Below, piece by piece: positions 8,574 through 17,245 of a DNA stretch of 29,658 nucleotides. Both the position numbers and the translations under genes were made by a program. Within the stretch, counting starts at the first letter, position 1. Each line of letters begins with the position of its first letter. The notes below the pieces were generated by a model that saw only the letters and a list, made by a program, of their open reading frames with translations, had not been told where the DNA came from and did no database searches. Location of the stretch: positions 1-29,658 of the IMG/VR virus record IMGVR_UViG_3300043391_000491; one strand, written 5' to 3'. Source of the stretch: a virus. Its lineage: Duplodnaviria > Caudoviricetes.

Positions 8574-9914
8574 TTACATCAAGTTAATAACTTGTACTTT
8601 TCTGTAGTATCTGTTTGCGTTAGCAGTTCCAGCACCATTGATAATCGCAGTTGCAGTTGAAGCACCAGCTTCAGCAAATGGATTTGCTTGTATACCGTAA
8701 CGTGTTTTGAAACCAATTTTTGGTTGGAACGAGTCTTGACCAACAGCTCTCACCATTTGTAGTGGAACGTATGGACAATAGAATATTCCGGCATCATACT
8801 GTGATGTACCTTTATATCCTACAACGAAGAATTGTTTAGCTGCTTGGTTTGCAGAATACGGATCGATATAAACTTTATATCTACCATTTAGTACTCCAGC
8901 AAAAGTGTTACCTGTGTCATCTACATTAAGATTATTGTTTAATGCAGGTGTATAGTCTAACACGCCAGCCATTTGTAAAGCAGAAGCAACGTCTGATGAA
9001 GTTATCAGAATGTTACCTTTTCCTCTACGTGTTCTTTGTGCGATAAAGTTTGCTTCTCTTTCAACTTGGAACATTAAACCTTTGAAACGTTCTACGGACC
9101 ATCTTCCGTTTGAATCTGTATCTAAGTCAAATACGCCAGCTGTTGTAGTAGAAACTTGAGCGCCGATTTCTGAATTGATGTAAATAGTTCTTACAACTTC
9201 TCTATTGATTTCCGCAAGGATTTCAGCAGATAGAATATTTGCAAGTTCTGTTTCAGCATCTAAACCATGGATTGCTTTTAAATCTTGTGCAAGTTCCATA
9301 GTGTATTCAGCTTTAAGAGCTCTTGATTTAGCAGTTACAGTCGATTTCTCGATTGAAAATGCCATTTCAGCAAAGCTATTTTGTTCTCTATCACCTAGTG
9401 CTTCAGCAGCAGCAGTTGTCATTCCTGTACCAGTTGTATAAACTCCTGGTGAAGCGTCATTTAATAACGCTGGGTTAGTTCCTGAATCAGCAGTAGTTGA
9501 ATAACCACCAATTGATGAACCACCTTTATTTCTACCAGAGTAATCAGTATCAGCAGCATCAAATAATGCTTCTGTAGCTGACGCCTGTGATATATATTTT
9601 GCTCTCATAGCGAAGATCAGTCCTGTTGGACCAGTCATTGGCTGTACGCCTGCTATGTCGTATGCGATAAGATTTGGCATTGCTCTTCTTACTAAAGAAA
9701 TTAGGATTGGATCCCAATTTTGTATAGAAGTTGCATCAGTGCTGTTCATTGGAGCAGCTTCTGACATAAATGCTCTATCTTCTCTTAGTGCTCTTTCTTG
9801 GTTTTCCAAGATAACAGCAGTAACCGCTCTTTTATAACTATCCGTAACTTTTGGGAGTTCTGGATGTTCAAGGACCGGTGCCCACTTTTTAACTAATTGT
9901 TCAGATAAGTACAT
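8574..9914 (-). CDS. gp23: major capsid protein (T4 gp23)
   Basis: DPILISLVRRAMPNLIAYDIAGVQPMTGPTGLIFAMR, KSRALKAEYTMELAQDLKAIHGLDAE, FQPKIGFKTRYG. Confidence 0.99.
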   Translation of the reverse strand: MYLSEQLVKKWAPVLEHPELPKVTDSYKRAVTAVILENQERALREDRAFMSEAAPMNSTDATSIQNWDPILISLVRRAMPNLIAYDIAGVQPMTGPTGLIFAMRAKYISQASATEALFDAADTDYSGRNKGGSSIGGYSTTADSGTNPALLNDASPGVYTTGTGMTTAAAEALGDREQNSFAEMAFSIEKSTVTAKSRALKAEYTMELAQDLKAIHGLDAETELANILSAEILAEINREVVRTIYINSEIGAQVSTTTAGVFDLDTDSNGRWSVERFKGLMFQVEREANFIAQRTRRGKGNILITSSDVASALQMAGVLDYTPALNNNLNVDDTGNTFAGVLNGRYKVYIDPYSANQAAKQFFVVGYKGTSQYDAGIFYCPYVPLQMVRAVGQDSFQPKIGFKTRYGIQANPFAEAGASTATAIINGAGTANANRYYRKVQVINLM

Positions 9915-9932
9915 ATCTTTTTTATTCTCCCT

Positions 9933-10997
9933 TTATTTTTTAAGACCCAATTTAATGGAATCTTTTGTTTTTGTGATAGCGGCCGTGTAAGCAGTCATAG
10001 CGTTTGACAAATCTACGTGAGTAGTTTCGCCTTCGGCAACGTTATCTATTTCACTTTTAGATGAAATCTCTTTTGTTGAAAAGTAAGACTCTTTAATAGT
10101 CGATACTTTTTTCTTAAACTCATCAGCATTAGAATATTCAATTTCTTCAGCTAACTTATTAAACTTTTCTTTATTAGTATCTGTCAAGTCTTTAGATACA
10201 GCATCTACTATATCTTGTCTTGTAAGTTTACCAATTTCAGAATTTAATTTAACATTGTTCTCGATTTGCTCGTTCAATTTTTTGTTAAGCTCTTCGATTT
10301 TTGAAGCTTGATCTTCTAACACGTCATATTTTTCGTCTGGTACATTTATGTAATGATCTTCAAATAATTTTTTAAGACCAGTGATAAAGTCCTCAGCGAT
10401 TTCACCTTTGATACCTCGCTCAACAGCAAGTTCGTTTGATTTCATCCATTCCTCAACAACGTAGTTTAGGTATGAATCTACTTTTTCAACGAGTTCTGCT
10501 TTTGTAGCATCAATATTTTCTTTAAGTTTTTTAGCGTAACCATCTTCGATTTTTTGTTTTTCTACTTTCAATTTTGATTTGATAGCAGCTTCAAAAATAG
10601 TTGCAGCTTTTGCTTTAAATTCTTCAGTTAATTTTTCATCTCCGATTAATGCTTTCACATCATCAGAAACGTCAATAACTTCTTCTTTTTCAGCTTCTTC
10701 AACTTTTAACGTTTCGCCTGGAGTTGCAACTTTAGTAACACCAGCTTCTGTGTCTGGTTTTTTACTAGCGTCAACATCTGCAGCTTTTGCGTTTTGTGCG
10801 TCAGAAACTTTTTTGTTATTTTTTGTAGCGTCAGGATTGCTGTCAGTTGCTTTCACAACCGCTGCCCCTAAATCTTGTGCTTCGTTAGAAAGCTTAGTAG
10901 GTTCAGCTGCTACAGCATTCTTCTTTGGAGCATCAGCAACAGTGTCTTGTTCTACTATTGTTTCTGCTTTGACTTCTACTTGTTTTTCTGTAGCCAT
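9933..10997 (-). CDS. gp22: prohead core scaffolding protein (T4 gp22)
   Basis: Acidic coiled coil; EEFKAKAATIFEAA, VDSYLNYVVEEWM; between gp21 and gp23; AGGAG SD. Confidence 0.95.
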   Translation of the reverse strand: MATEKQVEVKAETIVEQDTVADAPKKNAVAAEPTKLSNEAQDLGAAVVKATDSNPDATKNNKKVSDAQNAKAADVDASKKPDTEAGVTKVATPGETLKVEEAEKEEVIDVSDDVKALIGDEKLTEEFKAKAATIFEAAIKSKLKVEKQKIEDGYAKKLKENIDATKAELVEKVDSYLNYVVEEWMKSNELAVERGIKGEIAEDFITGLKKLFEDHYINVPDEKYDVLEDQASKIEELNKKLNEQIENNVKLNSEIGKLTRQDIVDAVSKDLTDTNKEKFNKLAEEIEYSNADEFKKKVSTIKESYFSTKEISSKSEIDNVAEGETTHVDLSNAMTAYTAAITKTKDSIKLGLKK

Positions 10998-11052
10998 TTG
11001 AGAAATCTCCTTTATATTAATTGCAATTAAAATATCTCTCTTTTAATAATGA

Positions 11053-11060
11053 TATTTATA
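11053..11060 (-). promoter_or_regulatory. late promoter TATAAATA for gp22-gp23
   Basis: Exact T4 late consensus in the intergenic gap. Confidence 0.85.
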
Positions 11061-11076
11061 ATTTGTTGATTTTCTA

Positions 11077-11721
11077 TTATAATTTACTTAAAAAATCCTT
11101 GAATACACTAGCCTTTTTCTCTGCTAAATCAAGTCTTTTTGTCTTAATTAATTCTTGTTTCCAAGATTCTACATCTTGTTCTATAAGAATACCGTTGTTC
11201 CATACCCATTCTTTTGTTTCCATAATGCCTTGTACGAAGGCCTCCGGAGCAGATGGGTCTGCCACAATGTCAGCGGCCGTTGCTAAGTAAAAATCTTCTC
11301 CTACAAAGTTTTGACCGTTTTTTTGTACTAAGGAACCCATACCTCTTGATGACACGCCTAGTTTAGCGCCTTCATCTATAAGACTTTTTACAATCTTACC
11401 GTATGGAGTGTCCATAATTTTTGCTTCACCTATGAAATTTTTTCCTTCTGGATACAACTTCTTAATCATATGTGATACTCTTTCTAAGTTCACAGTTGGT
11501 CCTTCTGGATGGCCTAATTCGCCGAATGCTCTATTTTGATTGATAAATTCTTTGTTATATCTTTTGACTTCTTTCATTAAAACGCCGCTTGGATAAACTC
11601 TACCATTACGGTTCTTAATGTCTGCTTGTAAGAATATACCCTTAATTGAGTAATTTTTCTTACCGTCTTTTTCTTCTACGATATACGTAGCGTCGTTAAT
11701 TTCTTCTCTTATAAGTTTCAT
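11077..11721 (-). CDS. gp21: prohead protease (T4 gp21)
   Basis: KNRNGRVYP, GELGHP, GVSSRGMGS, DIVADPSAP. Confidence 0.98.
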   Translation of the reverse strand: MKLIREEINDATYIVEEKDGKKNYSIKGIFLQADIKNRNGRVYPSGVLMKEVKRYNKEFINQNRAFGELGHPEGPTVNLERVSHMIKKLYPEGKNFIGEAKIMDTPYGKIVKSLIDEGAKLGVSSRGMGSLVQKNGQNFVGEDFYLATAADIVADPSAPEAFVQGIMETKEWVWNNGILIEQDVESWKQELIKTKRLDLAEKKASVFKDFLSKL

Positions 11722-11736
11722 AGTTCTCTCTCTTAC

Positions 11737-11744
11737 TATTTATA
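11737..11744 (-). promoter_or_regulatory. late promoter TATAAATA for gp21
   Basis: Exact consensus 15 nt upstream of ATG. Confidence 0.85.
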
Positions 11745-11745
11745 A

Positions 11746-12138
11746 TTATCTAAACTCTATTACTAAAGAATAGTTATCACCTATTGCAAAGTTTTTAGTT
11801 GACAATAATACATCACCTGTTGGCGTGGTTGCATTATTTGGTATCTCATTACCAGCTGTTCGAAAATCAAAAAATCCTTGACCTGAAAGTAACAATGCTG
11901 TAGCATCTGTTACACCGTCCCATTTTAATTCAACTGCTGATTTAGCATTAGCTGTATTTACTGAATAATAAACCTTACTGATTTTTCTGTTACCATCTTC
12001 AGTCATAAAAGTAGTGTTTGAAGCATCTACTTTTAGTACGTCAGTTTCACCTGTACCATCAGATAAATTTGTTAATTTAACCACAAATTTTACACCTGAT
12101 GTATCAGTTATTGTTTGCGTTGTAACTATGTCTGCCAT
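11746..12138 (-). CDS. putative virion/head structural protein (beta-rich)
   Basis: 130 aa, Thr/Gly/Asp-rich, within the head cluster; distant similarity to the neighbouring 124-aa ORF. Confidence 0.55.
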   Translation of the reverse strand: MADIVTTQTITDTSGVKFVVKLTNLSDGTGETDVLKVDASNTTFMTEDGNRKISKVYYSVNTANAKSAVELKWDGVTDATALLLSGQGFFDFRTAGNEIPNNATTPTGDVLLSTKNFAIGDNYSLVIEFR

Positions 12139-12144
12139 AATTTA

Positions 12145-12519
12145 TTATGCGTTTTCAGCAAAACCTATTTTTTGTAATGTTAATAAAACATATCCTGAAG
12201 CAGCTACTGTAACGGCCTCAATATCACCGCCTGTTGCACCTGCGTTTGTAGCTGTATTTTTAATTACAGCACCGTAATAAGCATTTGAACCTGTAACGTC
12301 AATTGCTTCTACGTCGCTTGATGAACCTTTAAATTGTAATTGAACACGACCCACAATACCGTGATTGATATGTGTAATGTGCAATTTTGCACCGTTTGCG
12401 TGGTCACTCAAAGCACTTGCATCAACAGCGGTTGCAGTAGTAGCAGTATCGTTGTCAAAGCTTAGTAATACTTTGGCGTGTGTTTTTGTATCAGATAAAA
12501 TCTTTGTAAATGTTGCCAT
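12145..12519 (-). CDS. putative virion/head structural protein (beta-rich)
   Basis: 124 aa, Ala/Thr-rich; AGGA SD; probable distant paralog of 11746-12138. Confidence 0.55.
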   Translation of the reverse strand: MATFTKILSDTKTHAKVLLSFDNDTATTATAVDASALSDHANGAKLHITHINHGIVGRVQLQFKGSSSDVEAIDVTGSNAYYGAVIKNTATNAGATGGDIEAVTVAASGYVLLTLQKIGFAENA

Positions 12520-12526
12520 AGTTCCT

Positions 12527-12772
12527 TTAAACTCCTATTTGTTCTTTTATTTCTTTGTCAAAATATTTTTCAATATCTTCTTTTTTTATATTACGAGATG
12601 CCACAACTTTTTCTATGGCTTTATCAAATCGTTTTAACACGTCTGTTTGTTCCGTTTCAATTAATCTATAAATCTCTTTAATCGCTTCTTTCATAACAGG
12701 CGTTAATTCTTTGTAGGACTTTGAATCCAAAAGATTAGTTTCTCTTAAAATATTACTAATTTTTGGTTTCAT
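12527..12772 (-). CDS. small prohead-core-region protein (gp68 position)
   Basis: Charged helical protein; likely start is ATG at 12772 (MKPKIS) rather than TTG at 12778; assignment by synteny only. Confidence 0.5.
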   Translation of the reverse strand: MKPKISNILRETNLLDSKSYKELTPVMKEAIKEIYRLIETEQTDVLKRFDKAIEKVVASRNIKKEDIEKYFDKEIKEQIGV

Positions 12773-13010
12773 CACCAACTGCGTTTAGTTTAGCCGCTGT
12801 TTGTGCAAAAGGTTCAGCAATCTCTGGTTTTGGTTCACTGTGTGCTTCTGCTTCAATTTGTCCTTGAAACAATACACCAGCTAATTCTTTTCTTCTTGCC
12901 TCTAATGCATCTCCAACTTTATCTCTTAAAGCATCTTTAAATGCTTCGCCAGCTTCAGCTGCTTGTCCTAATGACAATTTGTCAATAAAATTTTTAACTT
13001 GTTCACTCAT
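12756..13010 (-). CDS. small prohead core protein (gp67-like position)
   Basis: 84 aa directly after portal; AFKDALRDKVGDALEARRKELAG helix; GGAG SD; own late promoter. Confidence 0.6.
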   Translation of the reverse strand: MSEQVKNFIDKLSLGQAAEAGEAFKDALRDKVGDALEARRKELAGVLFQGQIEAEAHSEPKPEIAEPFAQTAAKLNAVGDETKN

Positions 13011-13027
13011 TTTTTCTCCATTTGTTA

Positions 13028-13035
13028 TATTTATA
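13028..13035 (-). promoter_or_regulatory. late promoter TATAAATA overlapping the gp20 stop codon
   Basis: Exact consensus. Confidence 0.8.
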
Positions 13036-14533
13036 ATAAAGTTTCAGTTTTCTTAGGCGCTCCCGTATCATCAGGAGGTGAAATTCCCTCTTTACCTATC
13101 TGTTTATCTAAGTCTTTAATCTCTTTTTCAGACTGTTTAAAAACAAATTTTCTAATATATTCTTGTGAAAAATACTTACCTACATACTTTTCTAAACCAT
13201 CAGCCAAAGCAACACGTTCTTTTAACATTTCACTTTCTTTTAATTCAGCAAAGTGACCGTCTTGTAAAAAGTCATATTGAATATTAGATTGTATTACAGG
13301 CCAATCTTCTATAGATATTACACCTTTTAATACTAATTGTGTCTTTAAAAAATCATTAAAGAGTTCAGTAAATTTCTTTCTTAATCTTTGAACAAACTTA
13401 GTAAACTTTAATTCATCTCTTGTAATTTCTGTAGAACGGCCCATACTAAAACCTGTAGCTGGTTCTAATCTACTTACTGGTACATTTAAAGAACGATAAA
13501 GTTTCTTTTGGAAATATTCTATGTCGGCCATTTCTCCTAAATTTTGGCCACCAGGTAGAGTAGTAATATCTGTTCCTCTTCCACCTTCTCTTGTTGGTAA
13601 CCAATAATCTTCCAACATATTCATATAACTTCTATCGTCCCTAATTTCTCCTGTGTTGGCATCATAGACAAGTTTATTTCTATAACGTGCCATTACATCT
13701 CTTAAATATTGTTCTGCCTTTTGTTTAGGTAGATTACCAACATCTATTTTGAAAATTCTTCTTTCAGGTGCTCTTGCTATACGATAGATAACAACAGCAT
13801 CTTCAATCATACGTAATTGATTTACTGGTTTAATTGCCTTATGTAAATAAGACAATATCATATTTTTGTTTTGATCTACTAGACCTGAAGAACAGAAAGC
13901 AATTGTATCAGCCGCTATTCTTACTCCTGAACCTGATGTTGAACCTGCAACACCCTTTTCATTAAACATAAAGTATTCTTCGTAATCATTTGTAAGAGAT
14001 AAATCTACAGTGCTTCTCATCTTCTTAAGCTCTCTTACTTTTTTAATTTTTCTAGGATCAATATAACGTAATTCAGTTATACCGTTTTTAGGTGTTTCTC
14101 TATCAATAATCTTTTGATAAAATATTCTACCATCTACATACCATCTTTTAAATATCTCAAAACCTTTTGTACTAAAATTCATTAATTTAAGTACGTTTAA
14201 AAATTCTTCGTCTATTCTTCTTTTGACTTCGTCACCAAAAGGTATATTTTCTAATGTAACTCTTACAGAATCTTTTTCTTCACTAGAAACAATTGCTTCG
14301 TTGCAAATATCTTCTATTGCTTGGTCACATTCTGGATGTAATGAAATTTCTCTATATCTTCTTACAAGGTCGGCTTCGTTCTTAGCCGTTCCTTCCATAT
14401 CAAGATACGAACCAAAATATCCTCCAGCTGCAACTGTTGTTGTGCCGTCGTCTGCTTGAGGTGTTGTAAAGTTTTGTTTTGGGTCTTGTTCTTGCTTTTT
14501 ACGAGTTATCGAAAAGCCAAATAAATCCGCCAT
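13031..14533 (-). CDS. gp20: portal protein (T4 gp20)
   Basis: WYVDGR, SYLHKAIKPVNQLRMIEDAVVIYRIARAPERRIF, EDYWLP.REGGRGT, ITRDELKF. Confidence 0.99.
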   Translation of the reverse strand: MADLFGFSITRKKQEQDPKQNFTTPQADDGTTTVAAGGYFGSYLDMEGTAKNEADLVRRYREISLHPECDQAIEDICNEAIVSSEEKDSVRVTLENIPFGDEVKRRIDEEFLNVLKLMNFSTKGFEIFKRWYVDGRIFYQKIIDRETPKNGITELRYIDPRKIKKVRELKKMRSTVDLSLTNDYEEYFMFNEKGVAGSTSGSGVRIAADTIAFCSSGLVDQNKNMILSYLHKAIKPVNQLRMIEDAVVIYRIARAPERRIFKIDVGNLPKQKAEQYLRDVMARYRNKLVYDANTGEIRDDRSYMNMLEDYWLPTREGGRGTDITTLPGGQNLGEMADIEYFQKKLYRSLNVPVSRLEPATGFSMGRSTEITRDELKFTKFVQRLRKKFTELFNDFLKTQLVLKGVISIEDWPVIQSNIQYDFLQDGHFAELKESEMLKERVALADGLEKYVGKYFSQEYIRKFVFKQSEKEIKDLDKQIGKEGISPPDDTGAPKKTETLL

Positions 14534-14544
14534 AATTTATATCC

Positions 14545-14592
14545 TTATTTCATTTCCTGTAGGGTTGAGAAGTATTTGATGTTGTGTTTCAT
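14545..14592 (-). CDS. putative leaderless mini-ORF (MKHNIKYFSTLQEMK*) upstream of portal
   Basis: ATG 5 nt after TATAAATA; stop TAA overlaps the TAAGGA SD of gp20. Confidence 0.4.
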   Translation of the reverse strand: MKHNIKYFSTLQEMK

Positions 14593-14597
14593 AATAA

Positions 14598-14605
14598 TAT
14601 TTATA
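14598..14605 (-). promoter_or_regulatory. late promoter TATAAATA for gp20
   Basis: Exact consensus just downstream of the gp19 terminator. Confidence 0.85.
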
Positions 14606-14610
14606 AGTCT

Positions 14611-14640
14611 AAAAAGAGCCGCTTTTAAACGGCTCTTCTT
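14611..14640 (-). terminator. intrinsic terminator after gp19
   Basis: AAGAGCCG-tttaaaag-CGGCTCTTTTT on the minus strand. Confidence 0.88.
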
Positions 14641-14651
14641 AATATTAACTA

Positions 14652-15179
14652 CTAAGTAGTTGTATTTGTTTCAAAGTATTGATAAGCAAAAGTTACAACA
14701 AACTGTTCAATCGCTGTTTGTTCGTCATATGTTAAATCAATAGCGCCGATTTCTTTTGGAAAAGCACCTCTTAGTGTATATGATTTAACAGTATTACCGT
14801 TACGATCTAAGTGGTCAATAAATGCGTCCACTTGATAGTCAGCAGGATTTGTTAATCCTTCATTGTCTGTCATGTTGTTGATACCATTCTGCCATCTTTC
14901 AAAAGCATTTCTTACTTTGAAGTTTGTATCGTTATAAACTGTAACGGTCCAATCTGCAAATGTTCTATCTCCTGCAATCTTAATTGATCGTCCTCTAAAC
15001 TTAACGTCAACTTCACCGATTGTCATAGCAGGTATAGAAGTTGCTCTGCATAAGAAAGCCAGATCTTCTATTTCGCCACCAACTTGAGCGTAACCAGGAA
15101 AAGGCATTACTACCTTAAACTGATTGGCACGAGCGCCTCCGCCAGCAAGTTTAGCTTTGAAGTCATTAATGTTTGCCAT
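14652..15179 (-). CDS. gp19: tail tube protein (T4 gp19)
   Basis: GGGARANQF, FRGRSIKIAGDRTFADWTVTVYND, IEQFVVTFAYQY. Confidence 0.97.
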   Translation of the reverse strand: MANINDFKAKLAGGGARANQFKVVMPFPGYAQVGGEIEDLAFLCRATSIPAMTIGEVDVKFRGRSIKIAGDRTFADWTVTVYNDTNFKVRNAFERWQNGINNMTDNEGLTNPADYQVDAFIDHLDRNGNTVKSYTLRGAFPKEIGAIDLTYDEQTAIEQFVVTFAYQYFETNTTT

Positions 15180-15201
15180 TTTTTATTCTCCTATTCTAAA
15201 A

Positions 15202-17124
15202 TTACCCAGCTACTTCTTCAAAAGAAACGCCAGTTCTTGTTGCTACAAATTGTAAAGTAATGAAGTTAATGCTTCTAGCAGGTTTTACAAAAATCTCCGC
15301 TATAAATTCATTTCTATCAATTACTTCGCCTGTGTTATTCGTTTCATCACACACTACTAAAAAGTCTGTGATACCACGTCTGCCTTGTACCTCTCGTAAG
15401 AATGGTTCAACGATATTTCTAAAGTTTGCTCTAGTAAACTCGTCATTAAATTCAAACAATTGGAATTTAGAAGCAGTAGAGATTGCTTTTTCTAAAACTA
15501 TAAACAATCTTCGTACATTGATTCTATCAAAAGCAGATGGAGCACTTAATCCAGTTTTATCACCAAACAGAACAGTGCCTTGGCCGGGGAATGTTACCAC
15601 AGCGTTAACTCTATTTCTGTATAGATCATCTCTTTGTGTTTTATTTGGATTGAAAGCTAACTTAACCGCACCTCTAATAGTACCTCTATTAAAGCCAGCT
15701 GGTGAATACCAACTGTCGGCAATTAAATCAGTTCTTGCTGATAAACCAGCAATATCTCCGTTTAACGGTACAAATCTGTACACGTCATTGTATCTGTCAT
15801 ACTGATATTTGTAACCACTGTCAAATACAACATAAGAAGAAGAACGTATTGAGTTATAAAAACCTACTACGTTACTTGTTTGTGTATTTGCGTTTGCTAC
15901 GTTAACAACATCAGATCTTTCAGGTGATACGAAAGCAACTGCATCTTTTCTATCTTCTGCAATTGATATTACGTTATCTACGTGAGTAGCATCTCCTGGA
16001 CCAGCAATAATTAAACCTACATCCACTGTTTCAGAATCTAGGAATTTTTCATATGCTGTTTTCTTTTGTGCAATTGTAACAGCTGAACCATTAGAACCAC
16101 TTTGTAAAGAAGTTAATGTTGGTGTTGCTACTGCTGTATAAGTTGTACCTGATGCAGTATTGCCCCAGTTTGTTCCGCCTGCATTATGATCCATCCAATA
16201 AACATATTTTGATCTTGTCTGTATTACTGTTGGATAATAATTTGTATCACCTTGAGGTGATTTTGCGTCTGAAGCTTTAGAAAGTTTAGAATAAACTTCT
16301 AATACTGTATTTTGCGTACCTGAAATTCCACCATCTTCATCTACTACTATTACGTGGATTTCATCATTTGATCCACCTTTTGAAGTAGCGTATGGCGAAG
16401 TTCCTGGAGCGCCATCAACTTGATCGTAAAATTTCCATCTACGTCTTATGTTACTGTTTACAAGCACATCTCTTTGTAATCCACCTGTACCTGAAGGATG
16501 TCTTACTATTGTGATATTGTTAACTGATTTTGCAGTAACTCTATACTCGTGACCGTCGTTGTAATCACTTGTATTACCTGTAGTAGAAAAATTAATAATA
16601 TCACCTATGGCGATATTTGTTCCACTTGTAACTGCTACTGTAGTTGCACCTGCTGAAGCAGCTGTACCTAAAGTTGTTACTACTGTTGTTTCGTATGCAG
16701 CAGCTGAAGGACATATAGAAACAAGTAAATTGTTTCCCCAAGCGCCTGCTGTTCTAGCAGCCCACTCGCCAACTGATCCTTGGCCTGTTGCAAAGTTATT
16801 ATTATAGTCTGTTTCGTTCTTTATAACAAACGTACTGCCTGAAGCAGTTGCATTTGATAATGAAGAATTTTGTGCTCGTACTACTCTTAATGCGTTAGAG
16901 TATTGTAAAAAATTGGCAGCACTAAAAAAATCCTCAAAGTTATTTGAGTCTGGCTTACCAAACGTTTCTACTAACTCTTGTTCACTAGAAAGCGTTATGA
17001 TTTCATCTAACGGACCTTTTCTAAACTCTCCTGCGAAAGCACCAACTGACGTTGATACTGCTGGAATAATTCTTGTTAGGTCTCTTTCTTGTACGAGAAC
17101 GCCTGGTGATACTTGAAATGCCAT
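15202..17124 (-). CDS. gp18: tail sheath protein (T4 gp18)
   Basis: SPGVLVQERDLT, WYSPAGFNRG, SAFDRINVRRLF, KPARSINFITLQFVATRTG. Confidence 0.98.
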   Translation of the reverse strand: MAFQVSPGVLVQERDLTRIIPAVSTSVGAFAGEFRKGPLDEIITLSSEQELVETFGKPDSNNFEDFFSAANFLQYSNALRVVRAQNSSLSNATASGSTFVIKNETDYNNNFATGQGSVGEWAARTAGAWGNNLLVSICPSAAAYETTVVTTLGTAASAGATTVAVTSGTNIAIGDIINFSTTGNTSDYNDGHEYRVTAKSVNNITIVRHPSGTGGLQRDVLVNSNIRRRWKFYDQVDGAPGTSPYATSKGGSNDEIHVIVVDEDGGISGTQNTVLEVYSKLSKASDAKSPQGDTNYYPTVIQTRSKYVYWMDHNAGGTNWGNTASGTTYTAVATPTLTSLQSGSNGSAVTIAQKKTAYEKFLDSETVDVGLIIAGPGDATHVDNVISIAEDRKDAVAFVSPERSDVVNVANANTQTSNVVGFYNSIRSSSYVVFDSGYKYQYDRYNDVYRFVPLNGDIAGLSARTDLIADSWYSPAGFNRGTIRGAVKLAFNPNKTQRDDLYRNRVNAVVTFPGQGTVLFGDKTGLSAPSAFDRINVRRLFIVLEKAISTASKFQLFEFNDEFTRANFRNIVEPFLREVQGRRGITDFLVVCDETNNTGEVIDRNEFIAEIFVKPARSINFITLQFVATRTGVSFEEVAG

Positions 17125-17217
17125 TCGGTTTTCTCCTTTTTATAAATTAGCTAATTGTTTCATATAGTCCAACTGTCGTATTATTCATACGCCCATAGTC
17201 AAAATTTCATATACATC

Positions 17218-17225
17218 TATTTATA
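17218..17225 (-). promoter_or_regulatory. late promoter TATAAATA for gp18-gp19
   Basis: Exact consensus, followed by a leader of about 90 nt and an AAGGAG SD. Confidence 0.85.
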
Positions 17226-17245
17226 AAATGCGTATTTTGTACACA

